In this document: positions 12,860 through 26,466 of the stretch, piece by piece
How the letters are laid out: each line of letters starts with the position of its first letter
Numbering within the stretch: position 1 is the first letter of the stretch
Origin: Camelus dromedarius
Lineage: Eukaryota
Assembly: GCF_036321535.1 (NCBI RefSeq)
Contig: NC_087436.1
Span: forward strand, 107,758,001 to 107,822,000
Direction of reading: 5' to 3'
DNA: 64,000 nt
Translations under genes and position numbers: made by a program
The notes under the pieces: generated by a model
The model's input: the letters and a program-made list of their open reading frames with translations, nothing else
The model's database searches: none
What the model was told of the DNA's origin: nothing

Positions 12860-13135
12860 GAAGCATCAGCCCAAACACTGCATCTTCTGAAAGCATCCCT
12901 AGCTGATTCCAACAGTCGAGATGCTTTGTCCTCTGTGCTTCTATAGTACTTTATACATACTTTCCCCAGAGTGATGATTATCTTATGTAGCAAATATGTG
13001 TTTGCATCTCTCCTGCCCACTTAGCAAACTCCATAAGGAGGAGACCTGGGTCTTTAAATCTTTGTGTTTCTAGTACCCAGCATAGTAGGGATGCATAATA
13101 AGCCCTTAATAAATAATTGTTGAATGAACTGAATA
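12860..13135 (+). mobile_element. L2 3' end
   Basis: aactccataaggaggagacc...cccagcatagt...aataaataattgttgaatgaa. Confidence 0.7.
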
Positions 13136-13854
13136 TTTAAATTCATTTACTTATTGATAAATTCGCTCCAAGAAAAATGATTCAGCATCCGGTATGCACT
13201 ATGGAGGCAGGGGTAGGGATACGAAGATAAGATATGGACTTTTGTTGTCCAGGAAATGGAGACATGCAGAATACTTACTTACTCATCCATACAACAAGTC
13301 TTATATGTGTCGTATTGTCTATGACTTAGGCCTCATGAGTAAATATGCACCAGCTATGATGCCAGCATACTTTCAAAGCACCTCATGGAACAGTCAGAGA
13401 AAGCTCCTTGGAGAAGGCAATACCTGAACAGAACCATAAAGAGTTAAGAGATAACTTGATATAGATGCTGAAGATAGGAGTTGGCTGAGGATACAAAGAA
13501 ATTCCACTGGGCATGTTTGGAGTCTCAGATGATATTTTAGACAATAATTTTTGATAGTGCCTATATGTATGACTATGTGATTTTCTTCAGTGTTCATCTA
13601 CAGGGTCTTAGAAGCCAAGAACGTGGATGGATTTTAACAATGGCCCAAATTAGGGATTTATTGAGTGGATAATAATATAATAATGGTATTGAGTGTGCTC
13701 ATGAGACAGTGGTTCACACAATCAACTGTTAGGTCCAGCTTGGGTGGGAAACAACAACCAGGAAGTGGGCGACCAAAGATGGAGGGGACCGAAGATGGCG
13801 GCTCCATTGATTCAAGGAGCTCACTAAGCTACAGGTATACGTATGTACTGGATA

Positions 13855-14055
13855 TAATGTATCATCTTACATGATCCTTACAACAACCTTAAGAAGGAGA
13901 CAATTTTATTACCTGCTTTTTTTTAAAGTGAAAAGAAATTGTGGTAGAGAAGTCTAGTCACTTACTGAGATTATACACTAAGTAAGTGGTGGAAATGACA
14001 TTAGGATAGATTCCAGATCACCTGACCCCAGAGCCTAAATTTTAAACTATGTTAT
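13855..14055 (-). mobile_element. MIR SINE
   Basis: atcttacatgatccttacaacaacctt...taagtggtggaa...cctgaccccagagcc. Confidence 0.65.
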
Positions 14056-16436
14056 GTGGGAACTTTATTAATTCCTAAAAATTGAAAAAAAAACATATTT
14101 CTAAAAGTATAGTTACATATAATCAGTACATGTTCTCCCAGAAGTAATGCTAAACGGGCATTCACAAATCCTTGCTTTTATACAGTGTGCTCTTCTTAGT
14201 TATCAGGTTGAAGTAGTTGACGTTACTGAAATTTCACCACTTCTGACCTCTAACAACATTTATCATAGTTTAACATAACACATCAATGTTAATGGCATTG
14301 TATTCCTGGTCCTCCATTATTCCATTGGTATAAATGGCATTAACGCTTGTTAGGCACATATGTTTGGCCAGGTGACTGTCTTTTGTCCTTTGCATTCTGT
14401 TCTTTATAAAGATCTATTTGCACTGGAGACAACTCTAAGAACAACACAGTAGCAAGCCCCTTCTGGTGTGTTCCTTTGAAGGAGGACTTCGGGACCCTTA
14501 CGGAGCATCTTGTTTGCAGCTGAGAGTCCATTATGTAATTAAGTATGACTTCTTTCTCCTCCATGCCTTGTGCAATTAGAGAATTTAGGTGAATAAAAAT
14601 TAGAGTAAGTCCTGGACAACATGGGTCTTGTAATCGATAATTTATTCTGTGTTGGTTATTGAATATCAGACTGTGCAGTTTTAAAGTGACATGAAAAACA
14701 GCATTAACTGAAACTTGGGATATTGCTTTGAGATGATCTGAGATAGTGTGATAAATAAAAACACAATAGACAGAGAACATTTTCCTTGGGATATGTTACG
14801 TGAAAGAATTTGAATTGATGCAAATAGGTACTGAAAAATGAAACCCTCAATTGCTATTTGTCCCTCATTTATAATTCACACACATCACACAAAAAGAACT
14901 GTCAGCATAGGGAAGGAAATAAGTAATATAGCAATAGAAAGACATCAAATAATTATGAAAACGACCACAGGAAAATCATTTATTCCCTTTGTAAAATGGA
15001 CTTTTTTCAGTTTGTTGCTTGTTGTAGGCCTGTCACCAAGAGGGACTGACCTAATTCTGTCTTCTTTCTCTTGTCGCCCCTGCTAGAGAGAGGCGGGGGA
15101 GAAGCACACTTACTGTGTTAATTAAACTTATTTTTTATCCACTGAGAACTAAAAGAATACTCTTCTCTGTTAATTTTGATTATATACTTTTTCATTATTG
15201 CTGTTACTAAAATCCTTCCTCCCAGTTGCATAAGATTTTTGATAAGAGAAATAAAAATATGTGCAGACTGATATTTAAATTAAAAAAAAAGTAATTTTCT
15301 TAATCCCTAAAGTCTTTCTCCTTGGCTGCAACAACTTGGGATAGTGAACACTGGAATATGTTTCACTTTTTCTTTAAAGATATAATAGACTGTCAAACAC
15401 TGTAAAAGTTGACCTTGTCTCTCTAATGCAAGATAACCCACTCTTGGGGTCCTAGTCATCTTTTTATACTGATGGGGGTCAATTTTTTTTTTCCCCAGAA
15501 GCACTTTTATCTTTTGCTTAAAAGTAGTGCTCTAAAAGCAGTTTAGAACAGCTTAGAACTAGTTAGGCAACTAAAGTAATGAAAACAGATATTTACTGGA
15601 ACATTATTTTCTTGCATCTAAGGCAAGGGCATGTTGAAGTGCTCTTCTTAAAAGATGGTTTTTCCTTCCAGTGTTACCAAGAAGGGATCATATAATCCAT
15701 GGACGTGTTTCAGTTGATAAGGTTTTGACAGATGGAGAAATGGGGGAGCTCAGTGAAATAGAGAGACTACTTAAATTTACCCAGCTGGTAAGTGGAAAAG
15801 ACAGAGATGAAATCCAGGCCTTTTGGCTCTCAGTCTAGCTGTCTTTTTGGTGGACATATCTGATGTGGTTATTTTTGAAGCATGTTACCTTCGCTATATG
15901 CCTGTTGCAGAGACCGCCAAAGAAGGGTCGCCAGTACCCTTAGATTTCATGTTACATAAGGATAAAGAGCAGTAGCTTTTTTTTTCCTCCCATGTGAAAG
16001 ATCTTCCAATGAATGTTTGTGGTGACAGGGATTATGTGTCTGTCACTGCTGTCAGGAGGCTTAACCCTCTGTGATCCTGCAGCAGTGACTGCACATTGAG
16101 AGCTTTTAGACGGTGTCTTCCTCCCTCAGAGCCAGGACTCCCCGGGGGGAAAGCAGTGGTTGAGCTTTTAGATGACTCCTGGGTGGCAGTTTTGGTTTTT
16201 GTTTGCAGTATTATACTTGCTTCTATTTGATGAGTTGCAGAGGTTTTGTTTAAAGGTTTCCTTTACGATACTATTCCTGCTAATCAATTTCTACTTAGTT
16301 TTCCTCTCTTGTCAACCTAATTTCCTTTGCATATGAATCAGTAAATCAGTTAACAAATATTTATAAGCATCTATCAAGGGCCACTGTCCATGGATTTCAC
16401 TGGGGAAGTATAAATTCTACATTAAATAAAATCAAC

Positions 16437-16706
16437 TCAGCCGTTCTGAAAGTGTGTTCAGAAAGATGTTAGCCAAAAAGAAGTACATAGGCAAATATAT
16501 TTGTAAAAGTCTGAATTAAATACAGGTAAACTGTATTCTTTCCGGTAGGAGTTTTCAGGGCCTCGAAAATGCTAAATATGAATTGTAATCCTTCCTAGGG
16601 GAACATACAGTGCAGTATTTGCCAAATGGGATGGACCACTTGACGCTACTTTATATGAATTAACTTGAAGGATGAACTTTATTTTGAAGACATTTTGGGA
16701 AGTGTT
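16437..16706. mobile_element. hAT-Charlie non-autonomous element (MER103-like)
   Basis: Degenerate inverted ends cagccgttctgaaagtgtgttc and gacattttgggaagtg. Confidence 0.45.
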
Positions 16707-17999
16707 CCATAATTTGAGGAGATGTATTTAATACAATAAAACTTTATTATCAAAATCTCCCTCCATGTGGCTTAAATTCCGTGAACTTTCTTGGAAAAAC
16801 TTCTTGTGTCTGCAGTACTCTGAAATAATCCAGGGGTGTGCAGATTCCTGGGATACATGGCCTTTTCCATGGATAATGTGAGGAAATGGATACTTTTAAG
16901 GGAATCAATTTCCAGATCCTCAAGTTTCACGTGTTGCCTCCATCTTCCCCACAAACTGATCAGGGTGAGAATGAGCCTGGTTCTGAAGAATCCCACTTCC
17001 TTTCTCAGGATGCCTTCTCTCACTTTACCAAAAAATCCTGGCTCGCAACCATCCAGATCTCTGCCTGGTGCATTGCCATGGAGTGAAAACCTTACTCTAC
17101 ACCCAAACCACGAGATAGGTGCAGTCGTTGGTGGCACTGTCCAAGGGAACGATTTTAATGCCTGTGTGAAAAGTTTCTTTTGCAAGACAGATGTTTTCAA
17201 TTCAGTAATATTGCAGAAGTATCTAATTGACTAATTGTCTGATAGATCATTAAAAGTAGTTCTGACACGATCGCTGTGTGATCCTTTTAGCAACTACATG
17301 GGAAGAGTTGGCGAATTAAATGCCTGAGAAAATCAGACTCCTTCAACTCCCATTCATTTGTTTAGATGAACAATTTTCCCCTGAGCTTAAATCTATGGAA
17401 AATGAAAACTAGGAGTGGAATTAGGGCTGAAGCTCATCCTGGTATTTTATTATTTATGGTGATGGTGATGTATGGTACTCATCTTGGATTGTGAACTGCA
17501 TAAGGGAAAGCCCCAGTCCCAACCATTTAATTGAGATTATTACCAATAATAGTTTATTCATTGTGTTAATAATCATTTATGCTTTAAAAAGTGGAGCCCT
17601 GTCATATTTATAATCATAACTCAATACAGAAATAATATTTAATACTTAAAGCCTTCTGGTCACTGCATGGTTAAAAATAATTTACCTTCAATTTATACGC
17701 ATTTTTGTTGCAGTGAAGTATGGTGCAGTGACTATTAAAGGCTTTCATGCACAAAGTGCCTTTTTTTAGGATAAAATTCTGTGGGGAAATTGGCATGAAA
17801 GTAGTTTAAAGGGAATAAAGAATGACAAATTTTAGACTAGAAGAGTGTATTTTATTTATTAAATGAATGGTTATTGTTTTCAACTTTGTGTTTAGATTAC
17901 TTTGGATAAATTTTACAGAGGAATCTATTAGTTTAATTAAGAAGGGCCATTATTTGTAATTTGCCAGAAATTATACCTTTTGAAATTAGTTATAAACTA

Positions 18000-18733
18000 G
18001 TTTATTTATTCATTTATTTATTTATTGAGATAACATTGGTTTATAACAGTATATATTTCATGTGTACAACGTTATATTTCTGTTTCTATATACACTACAG
18101 CATGATCACCACCACAAGTTTAGTTTCCATCCATCACCATATAGTTAACCCCATTTTGCCCTCCCTGCAACCCCTTCCCCTTTGGTAACCACTACTCTGT
18201 TCTCTACATGTTTGTTTTTCTTTGGTTTGTTCATTTATTTTGGTTTTTTTGTCTGTTTGTTTTTTATATTTCACATACGAATGAAATCATGGTATTTGTC
18301 CTTCTTCGTCTGATTTATTTCACTTAGCATAATACCGTCAGGGTTCCATCATGTTGTTATAAATGGCAAGATTTCATCTTTCTTACGGCTGAGTGGTATT
18401 CCGTTGTATAAGGTATACCACACCTTCTTTATCCATTGATGGGCGTCTAGGTTGTTTCCATATCTTGGCCATGTAAATAATGTTGGAATGAACATAGGGG
18501 TGCATATATCTTTTTGAATTACTGTTTTCCTATTCTTTGGATAAATACCCAAAAGTGAGATAGCTGGATCATATGGTAGTTCTGTTTTTAGTTTTTGAGA
18601 AACCTCCACACTGTTTTCCGCAGGGGCTGCACCATTTGACATTCCCACCGGCAGTGCATGAGGGTTCTCTTTTCTCCACATCCTTACCAGCACTTGTTAT
18701 TTCTTGCCTTTTTGATAATAGCAGGCATGAGGT
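18000..18733 (-). mobile_element. L1 3' fragment (L1MA9/10-like) with ORF2p C-terminal remnant
   Basis: ORF 18349-18693(-) reads LKTELPYDPAISLLGIYPK...KDICTPMFI, the L1 ORF2p C-terminus; a TTTA-rich tail remnant lies at 18000-18025. Confidence 0.95.
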
Positions 18734-19419
18734 AAAGGTAAAATTTTAGATGTCAAATTACAGATGCACAAGTTTTCCTTTAAGTCTTTTTCATAGAAAA
18801 AGGAGCAAAAAATGTTTAAAGACCACTGATTAAAAAATGTTTAAGCCACAATCCATGATTACTATTCTTCCATTATAATCCCCTTATTTACTATGTGTTT
18901 GCAATTTACTCTGTGAAATTTCACTGTTTTGGGACTGTTTTGAGTTGTGATCTGGGTTCTTCAGTATATAAAAAGTTCTCACCTTTGGGTACTCCCAGCC
19001 ATAACCACTTTTTTAGGATATTCTTCCTTAAACCAGTATTAACATGTGCTTTCCAGGGCAAAATGTTGATCTCTTTCATCCAGTATATGGTAGACATATG
19101 TTGCCTTCACTATCATCCCTTGTCTCTGAAAAAGATGTGAAATGGGAAGAGGTAGCTTATGCAAATGTCGTCAGGTTTTTAGAGAATTGAGAGTGAAGTA
19201 GGATGTGGCATCAAAGAGAGAACACCAGTGTTTGGAGACTAAGACTCGAGGTGTGTGCAACCTTGGATAAGTTATGCTACTTCCCACAGCATTAACGTTA
19301 ATGAATTTATCAGTAAGATCCCTTTCAGCAGCAAGATTTTTTATCTTTTACATTAATTTTTTTTTATTTTGGTAAGAATACTTAGTAACTGAGACTTACC
19401 TTCTTAACAAACTTTAAAG

Positions 19420-20470
19420 TTTTTATTTTTAAACTTCTCATTTGTGAATAATTTCAGACTTAGAAAAAGTTGCAAAATTAATGTAATGAATTTTCATACA
19501 CTTTTCATTTAGCTTCCCCAAATGTTAACATCTTATATAACATACTATATTTATAAAAATCAGGAAATTAGATGAGATTATAGTATTAATGTTAAGAGAC
19601 ATTATTCAAATTTTACCAATTGTCCCATTAATGTCCTTTTTTCCCCCAGTCCAGGAGCCAGTCGAGTCTCTTGTTGCATGGAGTTGTCATGTCTCCTTAA
19701 TCTGGAACAGTTCCTAAATCTTTTAAAAATCTGAACAGTTCCTAAGTCTTTTTTTCTCTTTCATTGCCTTGACTCATTGGAAGAGTGCTGACAAAAATTC
19801 TTTCCTTGACCAAACTTCAGTCAGGCTCCCGAGCCTTCTCCCAGGCCCATCTGTGGACCTCCTTATAAAATACAGTTTTAGCCAGAACCCTGCTAAGTTG
19901 CTTTAGCAAGAACCTCCCACCTTCTATATCTGATCAGGTCCCTCATCCCTCACCATTCTGCAGGTCATGTCTGATCACCCTGGTTTGTCTTCAGCAAGAA
20001 TCCTGTTGGGTCAGTTTCTTTCTAGCAGTTTTGCGTCCACTGACCCCTACCCTGCTCCTTGGCTATAAATTCCCACTTGCCCATGAGGTATTGAGAATTG
20101 AACCCAATCTTTCTCTACCTCCCTGCAATATCCCACTGCAGTGGAATATACCTATGATTATGGTTCTGAATAAACTCTGACTTACCATCTTTAAAAGTGG
20201 CATGAACATTTTTTTTTAACAATACACATTAGTTATTTTGTAGCATAAGTTCGCTGATCTTCATGATCAAATTCAGGTTATGCATTTTTGGACAGAATGT
20301 CATAGAAGACGTTGTGTCCTTCTTAGGAAGCATCTGGTATCAATTTGTCTTAGTACCTGAGAGGTTAACGTTGATCACTTGGTTAAGGTACTCTTTGCCA
20401 GGTTTCTCCAATGAAAAGATGAATTATTTTGAGTTCTTTATTGAAATAATTTTCCTTTATAAATAAAAGT
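19420..20470 (-). mobile_element. L1MC4/5-like 3' end interrupted by the MER31 LTR
   Basis: ataatttcagacttagaaaaagttgcaaaa...gcttccccaaatgttaacatctta; resumes after 20222 with ttcaggttatgcatttttgg...ttgatcacttggttaagg. Confidence 0.8.
19789..20221 (+). mobile_element. MER31-type ERV1 solo LTR
   Basis: TG...CA ends; tgacaaaaattc...ttgaccaaacttcagtcaggctcc...aggcccatctgtg...cagcaagaatcctgtt; TATA-like ggctataaat and AATAAA near the 3' end. Confidence 0.85.
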
Positions 20471-22247
20471 CCTTCATGTAAACTTCCAACATCCCCCCCC
20501 CTTTTTTTTAACCATCAAAATGTACAGAATCTGAACTTAGGGTAGCTGGTATTCATCTCTGACTTAACATTTCTTTACAAAGAATTGTAAAGTGGAACTT
20601 TATTTAGACTTTTCTTGGTGAATCTCTGCCAAACTACAGGCATAAAATTACAGCATGACATTTTGAAGAACTTACTTGGAAAAAATACATAATTCTATAT
20701 TAAAATAGCTGATCTTCTTCTATTTCCCAATTCAGTATTCTTTAAAAAGTGATTGTTGAATCAGAACTCCTAGGATTAAGTCCCTGCTCTGGCTTTTCTT
20801 AGTTTCATGAACTTTCTAAATTTTTGTATTTCGGTTTCCTCTTTTATAAAATAAAAATACTTGACTACATGAGTTAACCTTACAAAGCTCTTATGACGTT
20901 CAAAAAAAAAAAAAAAAAGGTAACTGTGTAAGTGGCGTGTGCCCTTTTTGGTGCCTGTCTGTCAGCAGCAGGTAAGTTGGGCAAGTACTGCTCAAACGCC
21001 CTGTGCATTCTGGGCACCAGAACCTCCCTAGTTTGGGTCATAGATTTAATTTAAATGATATTGGAAGTAAATTTTTAGAATGACCAGAAATGGTTTAGTC
21101 AACAGTATTGTAGATTGTCTTTCATGCATCCCCCCCAACAGACTATACTAAATGAAGACATAATCAGCACATTATGCTGACGTTGAAAACAAACTACTCC
21201 TCATTAGATATCAGTGGCCAGAAGAAATACCTCTACCCTCTTTAATGTCCTAGGTTGTCATATCAGCTGACAGTGGACTTACTTCCTTATGGCAATTGGT
21301 CTGACTGTAGCAGCCCAATGTTTGACCCCTTTAAGGGTCAGCAACTGAAAGTCTACAACTCTAAAAATTGTTTTCCTATTTTTTACTGAACAACTCTTGT
21401 AAATATACCAACTCCAGTAGCTGTGGCTCTCCATTTTAAAAAGTGGTTATCAAACTCTCCTCGAGCTGCCCAGGAATCCCCTCCCCCCATCTCCACTGCT
21501 ATCATGTGCTGCATTTTACTTAGGTGATTGACTTTTATAGATAAACAAATAAGATGTTATCTTAAATGTGCCTTCCCCCATTCCCTCCAAGTTATTTCCT
21601 CGTTAGTTATCTCCTGTACTGTTCCTTCATTTATTCATCATTCAACAAGTACTTCTGGAGCTCTTCATATGAGCCAGGCACTGTTTGAGGAGGTAGAGAC
21701 CTCAAGATCTCATGGAACTTAAAGTCAAGTCAACAGATGAAGATAAAACTCTCTCTTGGCTTTTTATGACTTCGCTCTTAAACCATTTCATGCCCATTTC
21801 CATGTGCGTTATACAATAAGTGTTGCAAACTATAATGCGTTATAAAAATGGATTATAATTACTGTTGTTGCCTTCACTGTATGGTTACTGTTGAAAAGAC
21901 ACTTGACCCAGGTGATACACAATCAGGTAGTTAGCAACTAGAAGCACTAGTGTACCTTCTGAGTGGCTGTTCTGTATCTCCCACCCCTGCTTACACACTC
22001 TGATTCTTGTCTTTAGTCTTTCAGACGCGCTTCCATGCCCATCCCATTTCCCTATTAGGAGACATTTAACAAAGCCTCAGCAGCCAAATGTTGCTATTCA
22101 GAAAACATACAGATCATGTTACCTTACAGTTTCACATTGGCTCCTAGAGACGGATGGATCCCATCTGGGCTCGCTCACTTGGTGTTTTTTCGAAGGACCA
22201 CTTGCTTCATGGGTAGTAGAACACCTTAGATTCTGATTAAGTGAATG

Positions 22248-22251
<4 letters not shown>

Positions 22252-22279
<28 letters not shown>
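22252..22279 (+). repeat. (TG)14 microsatellite
   Basis: Counted directly. Confidence 0.95.
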
Positions 22280-22912
22280 ATAACCTCTGTCCCTATCATA
22301 GTGTCTATAGTGTCTAGAATTTTTCATTCTGTTTAAATAGCTGACAATACATAGATGTAGTCTGAGACTTACTCTATGTCCCTGTCTCTCAGGTGCTCAA
22401 GAAAGCCAAGGTTACCTTGGGAACGTGACTCTTGAGCAATTACTTAACACATTTGTCTTCTGAAATTGGTTTTCAAAACCATATTATTTTAAGTGGGAAA
22501 AAAAAATTGAAAAAATAAAGATTGAAGCAGTCATTTACTTTTTTGGTAGAAAAGTACTAATTCCATGTTTTACCGTTTCTGTTTTATGGCCAGTAAAGGC
22601 CTCAGTTGAGTAGCACAGGACTGAGATGAGATTCACTTACGAGAACCCAGAACAATCAGTTGATGGTCATTGGATCTAGACCTGTGCTGAACTGTTTATA
22701 CCTCCCTTTGGGGTTTTGCTTTTGGACTTTTTGCTATCACGTTGTTTATATCACCTAAAATGTTAATAAGATGGCCTCTAGTTGGCAAAAAAAAAAAAAA
22801 AACCCATTGTTGCTATTTTTATATCTGGAATCAAAATCCAGTACACTTAAGTGGGCATGAGTTTTTTTTTAAGCACGTTGATTTTGTGTGTGTGTCTGTG
22901 CAGAATGGGGCG

Positions 22913-22926
22913 GTTGCCATGGCATC
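22913..22926. promoter_or_regulatory. RFX X-box-like GTTGCCATGGCATC next to a GC box
   Basis: One mismatch from GTTGCCATGGCAAC; GGGGCGG at 22907-22913; a second X-box-like GTTACCTTGGGAAC at 22411-22424. Confidence 0.35.
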
Positions 22927-23340
22927 TCTGTGCATGATTTCTGTGAAGGTAGTGCTGATTGAATCTATAAAAAGATGAGCACAGAAAAATATGTTTATAG
23001 AAGCCATTTTCTGATGAAATTGTTAAAGTGATGCCAATCCGTGTATGTGTTGTGTTTTGTTTCGGTCCACATTCCATTATTACATGTTTCTTAAAATGGT
23101 ACATTTTTAGATTACTGGGTGGTTGGTTGAATCTGTTACTGATGACTTATTAAATCATGATGGTCATGGGTGTGAGCTGAGACTGGAAGGGAGTTATTTA
23201 CACAGTTCAGTTTACATGTATTCTTAGCTTTTATGCACATGCTATGTCTCTGAAAAGGTGGGTTTCATCGAATTTTTAGAAATTAAATGAGACATCTGGC
23301 TATCTAAAACAAATCTATTATAATTTCATACATGAAGGTG

Positions 23341-23387
23341 TTTTTTGTTTTTGTTTTTGTTTTTTTTTGTTTTTTTTTTTTTTTTTT
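23341..23387 (+). repeat. (GTTTTT)n / poly-T tract
   Basis: Read directly. Confidence 0.9.
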
Positions 23388-24204
23388 GCAGGGTAAAGCT
23401 AATAATCACTTTGCCTGTCCCCCATCATGAGTCTGAATGACAGGCTGAATTACTTTAAGTTTAGTTTTTTGAAAGTCAGAGATTCGACAGAAATCTGTTA
23501 CTACCTATGGGACCTTCGGAACATCATTCCTTCACTCTGAACCTCAATTTCTTCTGCTCTAAAACTGAGGGGGTTGGCTAGGAAAAGTCTAGATTCCCTT
23601 CAGCTGTGAAATATGATTGTGCATGCATGCATACATGTGCATATGTATGTGCACAAACATATATTGTTACACATCAGATTTGCTTAAAGGGAGGGACCTT
23701 TTTTGAAAAGAGCTGGTAGTTCACATTATGTCTATTTCAGCGTAACACAGTTTGTTGAAATTAAGAGAATGGTATTTGGTTTCCATCTCTATTCACAGAT
23801 TTGTTACGAATTTTAGGGTAAGACACAGTAGAAAGAAAGTTGACATTGAAGTCAGGCAAAATGGATCTGAAACTGAGCTCTGCTACTGATGACTGGAGTA
23901 TGTGGGACAGACTTGATTTTGAATTTAGATAAAATTTCAGTGCCACGTTAGAAATGATGGCGTATGCTACACACGTTTTCTCTCAGATGAATTGTATAGA
24001 CTAGAAAATTTGAGAAAGATTTTCAGAAAACAGGATGGATTCACGATGGGGGGTATTCTCAGATACTTGGAACATATATTGAGACTTAGTAATTTATGAA
24101 TCAAACGTTTTAGCTCCACTAGAAGGGAAACAGTTTTGATCACACAGAAGTGAGCAGGTCAGAAGTTCATCGGAGCATTTACATGTATGTTGAAATAATG
24201 CTTG

Positions 24205-24632
24205 TTGTCTTAAGATTGGGTTCCTGAGAAGCAGACTTGATGAAGGAGGACTGTGCAGGGAAATTTTACTTGGGTGTGCCCTGGAGTGATATACCTGTAA
24301 GAAGCAGGAATTGAAGAAGACAGGATGGGACAGAGAGGATCTGACCTGCTCTGTGGATGCAGCTGAGTTCTTAGCTGGTCCTGCAGGTTCTGGAGCTGGG
24401 TTGGCCCTTTAGATTTGTCTCAAGTTGAGAAAAAAGGGTTGAGTTTTTATAGTGTGTCATCAACCTGTCATTGACTACGGGTCAGCCTCTGGGAGGCAGT
24501 TCCCTGGAGCTGAGAGCAATAACCCAATGAGGAGTGCAGCTGTGAGCCTGCAGCCACCAGTTTTTTCAGCAGCTGGGGATGAGTGCATTGGCCCTGAGGG
24601 GGTTCCAGGAGGAGCGAACAGTATCCATTAGG
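24205..24632 (-). mobile_element. LTR16-type ERVL solo LTR
   Basis: gggttcctgagaagcagact...atacctgtaag...tctggagctgggttggcccttt...gtcattgact...cagcagctggggatgagtgc...agtatccatta. Confidence 0.8.
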
Positions 24633-26466
24633 CTTAAGCATGTCCATACTAAGCAAAACTGTATTTTATTAAATGCTTCTTAGAAATGAGTTTTCTTATT
24701 AAAGTAAGTTGGGCAAAAGCATGTTCTCCTAGAGAACCATATACCATGTTATCATATTAAAAGTTCTGTTAAGACCTATCCCCCCAAAATTCGTACAACT
24801 GTTCCTCATCTTATTTTACCACCAAATAAAAATTTGCAGAATTAGACTCTATAAAACATTCTTTGAAAAATGTGAATTTATAAATAAATTACTATGGTGC
24901 TGGCTTTTTAATAGCGTCAATACTTAGAAAATATTTTGTCATTTAAGTATTAAATATTACACACACGGGCATGCACATGTGTATTTAACATTCTGTCTCT
25001 TTGTATCATTCTACCATTTCGTTTCATGAGTTGGATGACTTGGGCTAGTGGAAAAACGACCACCAATCTAAATAAAGTTCAGATTAGCTTTATTCTGTAA
25101 GACCTACTCTATCCATTCATACATTCTTTTGTTTACTTTACTATCCATTTATTCAAACAACATTTACGGTGTGTCTGAAAGGCTTCTCTGGAAGCTAGAA
25201 TATAAACTTCAGGAGAGCAAGATGTTCTTCTAAACGCTAACCACTTGCACTCTCAGTGTCAAGCACAGTGTTTGGCACCACACCAATACTTGTGCAAGGA
25301 GTGAAGGCCGAGTGAAAGTAGTTGGCACCGTGCTGGGTACTGGAACACGAAGAGAACACAGATCGTGGTTCCTGCACCGCGGAGGCTCATGTCTCGTGGG
25401 AACCTTTGTAACAGTGAAAGATTCAGGATGGAACTTACTATGTAAGTGATTTACAAAAGATTATGTGTGGTAATTCAGAAGAGCGCACACAGATAAAATA
25501 TGTAGTAGGCAATTCCCTTCTCATGCATAGATAATACTCGAGGCCTTAGAATGATAATCCTTGGATGCTGCTGCTTTGAAACCCTGTGTTAGGGCTGCTA
25601 GGATAGGGCATTGTAGGATGGGAGGGGACGTGGGGTGGGTGGTAGAAATTGGCAGTAGGGATGGGAAAGTGACAAAGTCATATGTCTAATGCTGACCTAC
25701 AGTCTTTCTAATTCTTTGAGCAAGTAGTTAAATGTGCTGAGAGAACTTAGGGAGAGTGAATTATAAGATTTGGAACTGAGCCTAAACCATAAGTTGATAA
25801 TGGAATTCTTACTATATTTTTCCAACCCTCTGGCCAAGCCATGCCAGCACGTCCCCCGGCACAGTGTCTTCCCAAACTGTTGATCTCATCTTCTCTTCGG
25901 CTCTTCTTAGAGAGAGATCTCCCTGCCCAGTTCTGGTAAACTCCTCAAAGCCAACAGGATCTTGGCTTTGGGTTGTCAGCAGCCGACACATTCAAAAACA
26001 GAGGACTTAAAGGAATGAACACCTGTAGTATGGTCAACCAGGAAATACTCAAAGGTAAACATGAGATGATTGTTTGGCAATAGATCTTTGTATATGAAGA
26101 AGTGAAATGAAATAATGGTGATGCTGTTTGGTCTAATCCAGTGCTGTTCACGCGCTCTTAGGTGGAAATTTATGCGCTAGGTTAGAATCTATGTTGGAGG
26201 TCTCTTTTGCTCTTTCTGCTTTTTACTAGATCAGGCTGTCTTCTTCAGGCTATTTGATGGTATCTGTCTGTCTCTGATTCATAGGAATATTCGTGAATAT
26301 TGAATAAGTAAATTTGAAAATGGGAAGTAAAACATCAGTTCTGTGTCTTTCAGCTTAATTTTTTGCTTTTTATACTGTCTCAGTATATTGAAAAAAATTT
26401 TTTCTGACTTGTAAAATTTCTGATTTTTTGTCCTCTTTATTTTTTACTTGTTTGTACTTTTTTCAG

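Noticed and set aside
14340..14780. 146-aa ORF (-)
   Set aside because: No recognisable homology or exon structure.
15072..15090. CTCF-like GTCGCCCCTGCTAG
   Set aside because: One base short in the core, with a further mismatch.
16772..17234. Overlapping ORFs of 142 aa (-), 132 aa (+) and 66 aa (+)
   Set aside because: The two long ones start at non-ATG codons; no recognisable domain or convincing splice sites; compatible with chance.
18349..18693. 114-aa ORF as a host gene
   Set aside because: Frameshifted L1 ORF2p C-terminal remnant.
19699..19752. ~28-bp tandem duplication (aatctg[g]aacagttcctaa), with a similar small one at ~18808-18849
   Set aside because: Ordinary slippage duplications; two copies only and no spacer array.
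23341..23398. Poly-T-GCAG|GGTAAAG as a recursive splice site
   Set aside because: GT is offset by one base from the AG, the donor is weak, and the tract is a simple repeat.
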